Virus record (IMG/VR): IMGVR_UViG_3300046779_001955
Coordinates: 74,116-86,474 of that record
DNA: 12,359 nucleotides
Reading direction: 5' to 3' (one strand)
Source: a virus
Lineage: Duplodnaviria > Heunggongvirae > Uroviricota > Caudoviricetes
The notes under the pieces were generated by a model, which saw only the letters and a program-made list of their open reading frames with translations, made no database searches and had not been told where the DNA came from. The position numbers and the translations under genes are program-made. Below, piece after piece: positions 1 to 7,369 of this stretch. Every line of letters starts with the position of its first letter. Position 1 is the stretch's first letter.

Positions 1-1
1 T

Positions 2-1129
2 GCGGTTTTGTGTGATGTCATGGATAATATCATAAAGTTGTTTGCCGCTCTGACTGCCAAACACCAATAGCTGTGTTTGATTTTTCAACAACATCTGTTG
101 TGCTTCAAATGTGTTGACAATATCAATGTTGTCATAGAGCCAACGTATGGCCTGAGTTTGCCGGTCAATACGTTGTCGATGATCCAGAATCTCGTCAAAG
201 TCCTGTAGCTGTTGCGGCAGCAAGTGCCATGCAGTGTAAAATCCCAAATCAGCATAGAGTTTATTGGTCAACGCTCCGCCAAGCATCACCGGAAACTTTC
301 TATGCAGGAAACATTTCAATGCTTTCTCAGTTGGGGCTATTTGACCATTGGTCCAAGCAGTTTCAGGGTACACAATTATAACATGTTTTCTAAAAGCATC
401 AATAAATCTATCTTCAAATAAGCTTTCACCATATCTACCATTGACACCGCAGGGATAGGGTGGCCATCTTTGTTCAGGTGGAGTGGCATTCCAAAGATGA
501 TTTACATACTCTGCATCGGCCCAGATTCGAAATTCCGTGTCTTCCGCACTTTCATGCCAATGCTGCTGTGTGGCGCTGATAGTTCCGCAGTGCAGTTCGT
601 TCCAGTGTGGCATTTCAGGGATGTGTCGTTTCAGCATCTGACTGTGATGCTCTCTAACACTGCGATTACGGCCATTGATATAGATCATGCCTTGAGGTTG
701 ATAATCCTGCAACAACTCGTAACGCTGAGGATAAGGACTGGCTGTATAATGTTGCCGTTGGAATTCCCATACTATGTGAGTACAGATCATTGCTGACTTC
801 CATGGATGTGAGTGTTCGACCACTGCATTGCAGACAATTTTAACATTGGGAACAGTGTCTAGCATTTGATACATGGCCTCAGTTCCAATGCCAAATGGTT
901 CGTCACCGTTGTCTACTAGAATTAGATCAAAATCTCTAACCCTGTCCGGCACAGTGTCCGGCATGTGCAAGAACAATATATTGAAACTGTCAGGGTCAGG
1001 CATACGGTCAAACGTAACTTCAGGTGTGTAGGCTAGATCAGTGACAAACTGCCAATATCCCAAAAGATAATCAAAGATTTCCAAGCCAGTGTAATTGTCT
1101 TGAGCTGTGGTTACTCTAATCTTGTTCAT
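2..1129 (-). CDS. Putative glycosyltransferase-like protein with a GT10 (alpha-1,3-fucosyltransferase)-type C-terminal motif; partial, runs off the left edge (>=376 aa)
   Basis: Not in the ORF track because it has no stop inside the window. Hand translation from ATG 1129 (overlapping the end of the upstream ORF) is open to base 2: MNKIRVTTAQDNYTGLEIFDYLLGYWQF...HVIIVYPETAWTNGQIAPTEKALKCFLHRKFPVMLGGALTNKLYADLGFYTAW...IIHDITQNR. The ET-x8-TEK-x10-PVMLG segment resembles the GT10 ENS..DY.TEK...AL....VPVVLG motif. Confidence 0.6.
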   Translation of the reverse strand, partial: MNKIRVTTAQDNYTGLEIFDYLLGYWQFVTDLAYTPEVTFDRMPDPDSFNILFLHMPDTVPDRVRDFDLILVDNGDEPFGIGTEAMYQMLDTVPNVKIVCNAVVEHSHPWKSAMICTHIVWEFQRQHYTASPYPQRYELLQDYQPQGMIYINGRNRSVREHHSQMLKRHIPEMPHWNELHCGTISATQQHWHESAEDTEFRIWADAEYVNHLWNATPPEQRWPPYPCGVNGRYGESLFEDRFIDAFRKHVIIVYPETAWTNGQIAPTEKALKCFLHRKFPVMLGGALTNKLYADLGFYTAWHLLPQQLQDFDEILDHRQRIDRQTQAIRWLYDNIDIVNTFEAQQMLLKNQTQLLVFGSQSGKQLYDIIHDITQNR

Positions 1130-1385
1130 CTGATAGTATTTCAAGTAAGTCTGCTGCGTATTCAACTTCGGGTTCCATGTGAAATCCCACGCCCCATACG
1201 GCCCAGAATCTGCGTTTATAAACTCGACGGAGCCAAATGCGTTGACCTCTGATAGTGTAGACTGGCCACCAAGCATATACTTCTCGCCAGGGATAGCAGT
1301 CTGGTGCATCATATATGCGTCTGGTAATTTCCATGTCTTTGTTGTCTATGTTCCAGCCTATGCTTCGGCCCCAGACTATTTTCAC
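1116..1385 (-). CDS. Small hypothetical phage protein (89 aa from GTG 1385), Trp/Arg-rich
   Basis: The track ORF 1116..1418 has a more plausible GTG start at 1385 forming a GTGA overlap with the upstream TGA (1382-1384). Sequence: MKIVWGRSIGWNIDNKDMEITRRIYDAPDCYPWREVYAWWPVYTIRGQRIWLRRVYKRR... It fills the gap between two coupled genes exactly. Confidence 0.7.
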   Translation of the reverse strand: MKIVWGRSIGWNIDNKDMEITRRIYDAPDCYPWREVYAWWPVYTIRGQRIWLRRVYKRRFWAVWGVGFHMEPEVEYAADLLEILSDEQD

Positions 1386-2095
1386 AATCCGGCTTGAGTT
1401 AGAATATGCCTGGTCCACTCAACATCAGCAACGTTGTCCTGGAAGCGACGATGCCAATGATCAGGATCAATCCAAGGCATAACCAGACCCAGGTGTTCTG
1501 GGCCAAGACTATCAAGCCACTCAACACCACTGTCACAATTGAAAATAATCCAAGCACTAATACGCCCGCTGCTAATATGATGACAGATGCGATTAGCGTT
1601 GCCAAACCTAAAGTAATCGCTGTAGTGAGCCAAATTAGTCGTTCCACTATCCACATACTCTGCCATTTCTTGGAGACCTCGATCCAAAGCGTCTTGCGGT
1701 GATTCTCTGCGGAGGTATTCGTGTAACCATTCTTCATATAAACTATCCCGACACCAATAATCTAATTTTTTATTGTTCTTTAAGAGCCATGCAGTAAAAC
1801 TAGTGACATTGATAGCGCGAATAGCAACACAATATCTACCGTAACGAACGAAAGCATTATAATAAGAACTGTTGCAAAAATCTTCATATGTTTTTAACCT
1901 TGCGCTACCTTGTGTGATTTCATAAAACTGCAAATATGCTCGGAGTCCAAATTGCACCCCAGTTTCGTTTTCTTGTTGCCTGCGACGCTTGGGTTCGCAT
2001 AGATGCGCCGTAAGTGTAGATTCTTTACGGAATTCTTTTTCACAATAACGACATTGATGTAACTCAGTCGTTGCCGAGTTCTCGTTGGTATGCAT
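1382..2095 (-). CDS. Zinc-finger protein (N-terminal C2H2-like finger); remainder possibly T4 gp59-like helicase loader
   Basis: CRYCEKEFRKESTLTAHLC follows the C-x2-C-x3-F-x5-L-x2-H finger consensus. The helical remainder is of unknown function, with only a weak by-eye resemblance to gp59. It lies directly downstream of the clamp-loader-like gene. Confidence 0.75.
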   Translation of the reverse strand: MHTNENSATTELHQCRYCEKEFRKESTLTAHLCEPKRRRQQENETGVQFGLRAYLQFYEITQGSARLKTYEDFCNSSYYNAFVRYGRYCVAIRAINVTSFTAWLLKNNKKLDYWCRDSLYEEWLHEYLRRESPQDALDRGLQEMAEYVDSGTTNLAHYSDYFRFGNANRICHHISSGRISAWIIFNCDSGVEWLDSLGPEHLGLVMPWIDPDHWHRRFQDNVADVEWTRHILTQAGL

Positions 2096-2507
2096 CTAAT
2101 TCTTGTTGAGTAGTCAATTTGGCCAGTGTATCAACATCTGAAGGTTTCAAATTAGGAAACAATGCCAACAATTGTTTTTTAATAGTGCCGGATCCACCGG
2201 CTTCTTTCTTTTTGGGTGAGATCCATTGATGTCGATGTGTGCCCATTCCCGGACTTACTGATGTTGCGCAGAGCCACTGCAATTTGGGATGTCGGTTTAT
2301 AGCAAAGAAGTGTTTGTTCAATCGTTCATTTGTGGCAATCACATAGAATTCCTGCAACTCTCGGGAACCAGTGACTGAGCTACCCCAACGAATCATTAGA
2401 TAGTTTGAGAATTTCTTGCGTTCTTCGTCGGTGAGATCGTCATAGAATGATCTATTCTTAAGATCAAACTCGCGCATTTCATTTTGAATAGTTAGTTTAT
2501 CACTCAT
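2064..2507 (-). CDS. Probable DNA polymerase clamp-loader small subunit (T4 gp62-like)
   Basis: 147 aa. The pattern FSNYLMIRWGSS...NERLNKHFF...HPKLQWL...SPGMGTHRHQWISPKKK...IKKQLLALFPNL parallels gp62 (YSKFMVENALS...MN...HFNYL...PRGKRYGKWAK...IKLLAKRY). Replication context and ATGA overlap with the upstream gene. Confidence 0.6.
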   Translation of the reverse strand: MSDKLTIQNEMREFDLKNRSFYDDLTDEERKKFSNYLMIRWGSSVTGSRELQEFYVIATNERLNKHFFAINRHPKLQWLCATSVSPGMGTHRHQWISPKKKEAGGSGTIKKQLLALFPNLKPSDVDTLAKLTTQQELDAYQRELGND

Positions 2508-3382
2508 ATTGATGTTTGTTTAATTGTGTCAATCCAACGTCTATAATAAAACTCTATGAAATCTCTGTCAATATCAGTAAGGCCAAGCCAATCATAGCAC
2601 TGCTCGATGGCGATTCGAGTAGTGTTCCAGTTCAAGTACATTGAGCCATCAAGCATTAGAAAACGATTGTTGGGAAATGCCTGTTTGATTTTTTGAATTT
2701 CTTGCTGTTCCGCTGCGTGATTAAGAGCCTGGATTTCAGGTGAATCAATAAATCTACAAATTTCCCACTCAAACAATTCACCTATTTCATCACGTATCCA
2801 CGTTGGTAAATCATTTAGCTGGCTCCAGGTCATCGGAGGTTCTTCAGGCCAGGCAGGTCCGCGAATTGAATCCCAATAGTCTACTATTCCCTTGGCTTTG
2901 GGGTTGAAATTTCTTAACCGTAAAAAATCTTCGGATTTTGTGATTAGCAATATATTGGCTCTGGGCCATACCTGTAGTATTGCCCGAAGATGCGTTAGTG
3001 TATGTGTGTCAATAAAAAATAATAGCCCGCTGTTTACCAGTCTATCCATACCAGCATGCCAGGGCCAATACTGAGCTGTGCTGGGATAGGATCCAATATA
3101 AGACTCTTCTTCGACCCCAGTAAGAACGTTGGCACCTAGATTAAGATCGTTCCATTTATCAATTACAGAATTAATGGCATTGCCAATGTGTACTTTTTTA
3201 TCAACAGTTGAAAAATCATTCATGAGTTGATATTTTACCAGCTCAATGTGTTGCAGGCATGAATTTGATGCCAGTCCAAGACAATTAATTAAGAACTTGC
3301 CGCCGGCACCCCAGGGGTAACACACTATGGTCACACGGTCTGTATCAAAATTGATTCGGGGTCTAGGCCAATTAGTTACCAT
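2504..3382 (-). CDS. Hypothetical protein, possibly P-loop/sulfotransferase-like fold
   Basis: 292 aa ORF coupled at both ends. The N-terminal beta-strand plus Gly-rich loop IVCYPWGAGGKFLINCL is reminiscent of the 5'-phosphosulfate-binding loop of sulfotransferases. Function unproven. Confidence 0.55.
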   Translation of the reverse strand: MVTNWPRPRINFDTDRVTIVCYPWGAGGKFLINCLGLASNSCLQHIELVKYQLMNDFSTVDKKVHIGNAINSVIDKWNDLNLGANVLTGVEEESYIGSYPSTAQYWPWHAGMDRLVNSGLLFFIDTHTLTHLRAILQVWPRANILLITKSEDFLRLRNFNPKAKGIVDYWDSIRGPAWPEEPPMTWSQLNDLPTWIRDEIGELFEWEICRFIDSPEIQALNHAAEQQEIQKIKQAFPNNRFLMLDGSMYLNWNTTRIAIEQCYDWLGLTDIDRDFIEFYYRRWIDTIKQTSI

Positions 3383-3876
3383 GCCTTTTGATAATTAACT
3401 ATTTCACAGTTGCGACTGATGTCTTTGACAAAGTATACGCACTGGGGTTCTTTGCCTTCACTGATGGGCACTGCCAACATCTGTCCGTTCTTTAGCTTGG
3501 GTGCAAACCAATTTACATCGTGATACACATCAACTATTTCTATGCGTGGAAAGCTGGGTCTAAAACTAGTCAAAGGATTAAATTCAAAAACACTGAACCC
3601 ACGATCATTGATTGATGTGAGTGGCAGTACTTCTAAGTCTCCAAGATCGGGTTCACCAATTAAGATTTGCCAGTCCACGGGCATTTTGAGTTTGTGATTT
3701 CCGATTCGCAGTACCAGTGCTGGCGAGTTAAAGCTTTCCAAGAAGATTAGCGGAATGTAATGATAGTCAGGATCTGCAGGATTTGAATTATCTAAAATAG
3801 CAAAACGTAAGTCGTCTACTTGCTCAGGTAGTGTATTCAAATCATAAGGTTCGTTGTCTAAGGTTAAAATTCTCAT
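3376..3876 (-). CDS. Hypothetical phage protein (166 aa, beta-rich)
   Basis: Clean ORF 9 nt downstream of the kdsA stop, overlapping the next start (ATGGTAA). No recognisable catalytic motif. Confidence 0.8.
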   Translation of the reverse strand: MRILTLDNEPYDLNTLPEQVDDLRFAILDNSNPADPDYHYIPLIFLESFNSPALVLRIGNHKLKMPVDWQILIGEPDLGDLEVLPLTSINDRGFSVFEFNPLTSFRPSFPRIEIVDVYHDVNWFAPKLKNGQMLAVPISEGKEPQCVYFVKDISRNCEIVNYQKAW

Positions 3877-3885
3877 GTTGTTATT

Positions 3886-4722
3886 TTACTGATCTTTTGA
3901 AAAATTTGCAACCAGTTTGTGAATTTCTCGTAATTCAGTCAATAACTGTTTCATATTTTCCAAAGGAATCATATTGGGTCCGTCACTAGGTGCTGCATTG
4001 GGATTTTCGTGTGTTTCAATAAACACAGCGTTCACTGATCCCGTGGCCACTGCTGCTCGTGCGAGGTAGGGTACCATCCCGCGATCGCCGCCAGAACTAG
4101 TACCCAATCCTCCAGGCTGCTGGACTGAGTGAGTACAGTCAAAAACCACGGGATACCCAGTACGTGCCATAGTAGGTAAACTGCGCATATCAACCACAAG
4201 ATTATTGTATCCATGTGTTACTCCTCGTTCGCATAATAAGATCCGGTCATTGCCGGTACTGAGAATTTTATTAGCTGCTTGATAGATATCAGTGGGTGCC
4301 ATGAACTGGCCTTTTTTAATATTAACTACTAGTTTGCTCTCGCCCGCAGCAATCAATAAGTCAGTTTGTCGGGACAAGAACGCAGGTATCTGCACTGCAT
4401 CAACTTGATAATGTCTAGCCGCAGTGGCATGATAAGGAGTGTGGATGTCGGTCAACGTAGGTACACCAACTAATCTTTTGGTGTCGCTGAGAATCTCTAG
4501 ACCTTTTTCCAGTCCCGGGCCACGTGGTGTTGACACTGAAGTACGATTGGCTTTGTCAAAACTACTCTTATAGACGAAGTTAAGCCCAAGCTCTTTACAG
4601 ATTTCTTTTAACGTGCCGGCTATGGCGCAGGCATGATCAAGTGATTCAATTTGACAAGGTCCAGCGATTACTGTGAGTGGATTGCCGGCACCTATTTCAA
4701 AGTCCTGTATTTTCACTGCCAT
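3886..4722 (-). CDS. kdsA: 2-dehydro-3-deoxyphosphooctonate aldolase (KDO8P synthase), metal-dependent type
   Basis: Diagnostic FDKANRTS motif plus IAGPC, QIPAFLSRQTDL, NIKKGQFMAP, CERG, VDMRSL, VVFDCTHSVQQPGG, FIETH and APSDGPN. The four metal ligands of metal-dependent KdsA (Cys in AGPC, His in THS, Glu in ETH, Asp in SDG) are all present. An alternative GTG start at 4716 gives a GTGA overlap. Confidence 0.96.
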   Translation of the reverse strand: MAVKIQDFEIGAGNPLTVIAGPCQIESLDHACAIAGTLKEICKELGLNFVYKSSFDKANRTSVSTPRGPGLEKGLEILSDTKRLVGVPTLTDIHTPYHATAARHYQVDAVQIPAFLSRQTDLLIAAGESKLVVNIKKGQFMAPTDIYQAANKILSTGNDRILLCERGVTHGYNNLVVDMRSLPTMARTGYPVVFDCTHSVQQPGGLGTSSGGDRGMVPYLARAAVATGSVNAVFIETHENPNAAPSDGPNMIPLENMKQLLTELREIHKLVANFSKDQ

Positions 4723-6170
4723 TCTAATTTCTCCTGTGTAAAGGGATACTTAGCTTCGCGGTAATAGGCTTTGCGTTTGGTTAAATGTCGTTTTGCGAAC
4801 TTACAGGTGGATGTAATATCCCAGATTTGTACAAAGTCTTTGTCTTCGGCTTTGCGAATACCTCGACCAATGCTTTGAATAACACGCACAAAAGATTTGC
4901 CAGGCTCAACAAGAACAAGATTAAAAATCCTGGGAATATTAATGCCAACTGCTGCAACGCCGTATGTAGCGATGATTGTTTTTGTCGATGCCGTTGCCAC
5001 TTCGTCATAGTGTTCTTTTCTTTCTGTAGATTTGGTACCACCACTTACAAAAACAGCATCAGGGACTCGTTGTAATATTGCATTACCAGCTGATATTCTG
5101 TCAACCAAAACTAGAGTATTTCCAGTTTCACTAATGCCTCTAATGAGTTCGGCCATGGCATCAAGTCGCCCAGACTCTTCCAGCAAGTATTTAAGCTCGC
5201 TTTGATAATTGCTGTACTCTCGATGATCAATTAATTGTACAACATTGACATGGCACTGTGCCAACACACCGCGATCCTGTAGTTCTGATGCACTAAGGCG
5301 ACTGATCACTGGTCCTAGACTCACATGCAGAGCTTGATATTCAAACTGTTCTTTGGGCACAGTTCCTGTGAGTCCCCAACGTATGGGAATGTGTGCCATT
5401 GCTCCGGTCAACATAGTCTTTAACACATCGGCTTTGGCCATGTGTACTTCGTCAACTATGATACACACAACATCTTGCAAAAACTCACCCATAGTGACCC
5501 AGCCCACTGAGTCCTGGCTATTTTTCAAAATATTATTAAGGCTTTGCCATGTACAAATCACATGTTGGTGAGCATGGTCTTTGCGATCACCAAAATACAC
5601 CCCTACGTCTAGACCCATGTTGAGATAATCAGCTTCGGTTTGTCGTACTAGATCTTTGTTGGGTACAATTACTATGGATCGTCCATATGCGCCAACAGCA
5701 TCACTGAGAGCTGCTGTAATAAGAGTTTTACCTGCGCCTGTGGCCACTTCTTGTATGCACTGTGGATTGCGTAAAAAGTTATTGACAAGTTCTACTTGAT
5801 AATCTCTAAATTCAATAGAAGTACCAGCTCGAGGATGTCCTGCGGGCCACAGCACATGACTATATCGGTCAGCAGTTAGTTCTGTGAAACTGTAAGAGTT
5901 ATTGTAGTCACGTTGATCGTCAAGATCAATGCTGTAGCCTTGTTCGTCAAGATAGGGCAGTATCTCGGGCAAGAGATTTACATAACTACTACCACCTAGT
6001 TGAAAGAATTGAACTTTACCATCCCAACGTCCTAGACGTACACTAGGTAAAAATCTAGCTCTGGGATCTTCGTATTTGAATCGATTCACAAGAGTGCGAC
6101 GCTCGGTGAGATCAAGTCCTTCAATTTTGACATTTACTTCATCGCGTATTATCAGTCTGGCCTGTTTCAT
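4713..6170 (-). CDS. uvsW: Superfamily 2 DNA helicase, T4 UvsW-like
   Basis: 485 aa with FRDYQ (Q motif), ATGAGKT (motif I), IIVDEVH (II), GLTGT (III), ATYGVAAVGINIP (V) and QSIGRGIR (VI). The N-terminal FKYEDPRARFLPSVRLGRWDGKV matches the UvsW-type N-terminal region. Confidence 0.9.
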   Translation of the reverse strand: MKQARLIIRDEVNVKIEGLDLTERRTLVNRFKYEDPRARFLPSVRLGRWDGKVQFFQLGGSSYVNLLPEILPYLDEQGYSIDLDDQRDYNNSYSFTELTADRYSHVLWPAGHPRAGTSIEFRDYQVELVNNFLRNPQCIQEVATGAGKTLITAALSDAVGAYGRSIVIVPNKDLVRQTEADYLNMGLDVGVYFGDRKDHAHQHVICTWQSLNNILKNSQDSVGWVTMGEFLQDVVCIIVDEVHMAKADVLKTMLTGAMAHIPIRWGLTGTVPKEQFEYQALHVSLGPVISRLSASELQDRGVLAQCHVNVVQLIDHREYSNYQSELKYLLEESGRLDAMAELIRGISETGNTLVLVDRISAGNAILQRVPDAVFVSGGTKSTERKEHYDEVATASTKTIIATYGVAAVGINIPRIFNLVLVEPGKSFVRVIQSIGRGIRKAEDKDFVQIWDITSTCKFAKRHLTKRKAYYREAKYPFTQEKLEWQ

Positions 6171-6176
6171 TGTTTA

Positions 6177-6206
6177 ATTATACAGGCTTTTATTTACTAA
6201 AGTCAA
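6177..6206 (-). promoter_or_regulatory. sigma70-type promoter for uvsW (probably a leaderless transcript), with a TAAATA element nested in the spacer
   Basis: Minus strand TTGACT (6206-6201), 18-nt spacer, TATAAT (6182-6177), then 6 nt (TAAACA) and the ATG at 6170. No Shine-Dalgarno. TAAATA at 6196-6191. Confidence 0.75.
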
Positions 6207-6231
6207 AAAAATAGGCACCCTAGGGTGCCTA
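6205..6231 (-). terminator. Rho-independent terminator downstream of the AAA+ ATPase gene
   Basis: Perfect 20-bp palindrome TAGGCACCCTAGGGTGCCTA (6212-6231) followed on the minus strand by T7 (6211-6205). Confidence 0.85.
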
Positions 6232-6232
6232 A

Positions 6233-6264
6233 AGAATTAAACCGGAGCGAATCGGTTTAATTCT
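6233..6264. repeat. Inverted repeat/hairpin, 12-bp stem and 8-nt loop
   Basis: AGAATTAAACCG (6233-6244), loop GAGCGAAT, CGGTTTAATTCT (6253-6264); the arms are exact reverse complements. Confidence 0.9.
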
Positions 6265-6282
6265 AAGGGGCCGTAGCCCCTT
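6265..6282 (-). repeat. Hairpin, 7-bp stem with a cUACGg (UNCG-class) tetraloop on the minus strand
   Basis: Minus strand AAGGGGC-TACG-GCCCCTT, starting 7 nt after the AAA+ gene stop codon. Confidence 0.85.
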
Positions 6283-6289
6283 GGAGCAA

Positions 6290-7309
6290 TCATACGTGGC
6301 GCATACAAGTTGTTTCGGCCAGCGCCTTCCAGTTAGGTGACACTTTGGTCAAGTCAGCAATTTTCAGTGCCATGCGCAGACTCATCTCACGCAGGCGATC
6401 TCGGTTAGCGTACATAAAGTCCAGAATCTCTTCGCCCATTTCTGGGGTAAAGTCGTAGTCTTGGAACAGATCGCCTTTACGGAAAATTTGTTTGATACGT
6501 AGATACTTGTCACGCATGGTATTGAGTGTCAGATCCAGGAAGTGACAGCGTGACTGCAATGCCTCTAAGTGATCTTGTAATTTTTTGCTACGTAGGTTAT
6601 CAAACTTAAGGTTAGTAATAAAGATTACCGAACCCTTGAAGTCAAATTGATCTGGCACACCTTCACGGCGTAACATACTGGAATCAGAATTCCAATAAAT
6701 GCGTCGGCGTTTGCCCGAGTCCAATGCTGCTTTGAGAATGTTAAGTGCAACGTCATCCAGCAAGATACTGTCACAGTCATCAAATACTAGGACATTTTTG
6801 GGATCGCTGAAACGATACAGTGTGCAATACAAGCCAATTGGTGTCATTGCACCTTTGATAACTTCATATTTGAGTTTCTTGTTTGAGATTTTGTCAAACA
6901 TGCCGGCTTTTTCTAGTTGATATTCAACGCCGTAACTCTTACCTACGCCAGGAGGACCTACAACAATCATTGCTCGCACGTCACCTTGAATTGTTGCTTT
7001 GGTCATTTCGTCAAGAATGTTAAAACGTGTTTCAATACGTTGCATAACTTCTTCGTCAGTCTCAACAGGAACGTGTCGGGGAATTTCAACTACATTTGTG
7101 GCCATGGGCTCTCCAGAAGTGTACTCAATGTCTTCAATACTTTGGACGCGGATACGCACAATGTCAAAATCCGGACCAAACGCACCATCGGATTTTACTG
7201 TAACAAAGCCGCCTTTGCGACCTGTTTGGAAACCTTTAACTAGCTCAAATGTTGCATTTTGCACAACTTGATTGCGATACACGCCGCTGCGAACTAAAAT
7301 AGTAGACAT
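6290..7309 (-). CDS. AAA+ ATPase with an SRC-type arginine finger
   Basis: 339 aa with Walker A GPPGVGKS, Walker B VLVFDDCD, sensor-1 VIFITN and arginine finger LQSRC. GGAG Shine-Dalgarno 7 nt upstream and its own promoter. The specific role is unknown. Confidence 0.88.
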   Translation of the reverse strand: MSTILVRSGVYRNQVVQNATFELVKGFQTGRKGGFVTVKSDGAFGPDFDIVRIRVQSIEDIEYTSGEPMATNVVEIPRHVPVETDEEVMQRIETRFNILDEMTKATIQGDVRAMIVVGPPGVGKSYGVEYQLEKAGMFDKISNKKLKYEVIKGAMTPIGLYCTLYRFSDPKNVLVFDDCDSILLDDVALNILKAALDSGKRRRIYWNSDSSMLRREGVPDQFDFKGSVIFITNLKFDNLRSKKLQDHLEALQSRCHFLDLTLNTMRDKYLRIKQIFRKGDLFQDYDFTPEMGEEILDFMYANRDRLREMSLRMALKIADLTKVSPNWKALAETTCMRHV

Positions 7310-7340
7310 TGCTTTTGCTCCGTTTTGTTAGTATGTCAGT

Positions 7341-7369
7341 ATTATAGCAAATTGGGTATTATTGGTCAA
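7341..7369 (-). promoter_or_regulatory. Consensus sigma70 (early-type) promoter with extended -10, upstream of the AAA+ gene
   Basis: TTGACC (7369-7364), 17-nt spacer AATAATACCCAATTTGC, TATAAT (7346-7341); TG at -15/-14. Confidence 0.88.

Noticed and set aside
212-796. Plus-strand ORFs 212..421 and 470..796 from the track
   Set aside because: They are antisense to a longer open minus-strand frame (2..1129) that has a recognisable motif and a coupled start; they show no motifs or start signals.
1399-1737. Very hydrophobic 112-aa same-strand ORF nested in the zinc-finger gene, resembling a holin or membrane protein
   Set aside because: It is offset by +1 from the host frame, so T-rich third codon positions become second positions and give hydrophobic residues. 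The nested ORFs 4032..4214, 4781..5044 and 11392..11592 have the same offset and the same hydrophobic look, which points to a codon-bias artefact.
3376-3382. Identical ATGGTAA start/stop overlap here and at 11900-11906
   Set aside because: It follows from upstream genes ending in Trp-stop with ordinary translational coupling; two instances do not make a separate signal.
3376-3876. Possible Hint/intein-like beta fold in the 166-aa protein
   Set aside because: It has no N-terminal Cys/Ser, no TxxH block and no C-terminal His-Asn; the resemblance is only a general beta-strand pattern. A structure search would be needed.
6290-7309. Calling the AAA+ gene T4 gp44 or a RecA/UvsX recombinase
   Set aside because: The Walker A/B context and domain layout differ from gp44 as I recall it, and RecA-family motifs are absent; left as an unnamed AAA+ ATPase.
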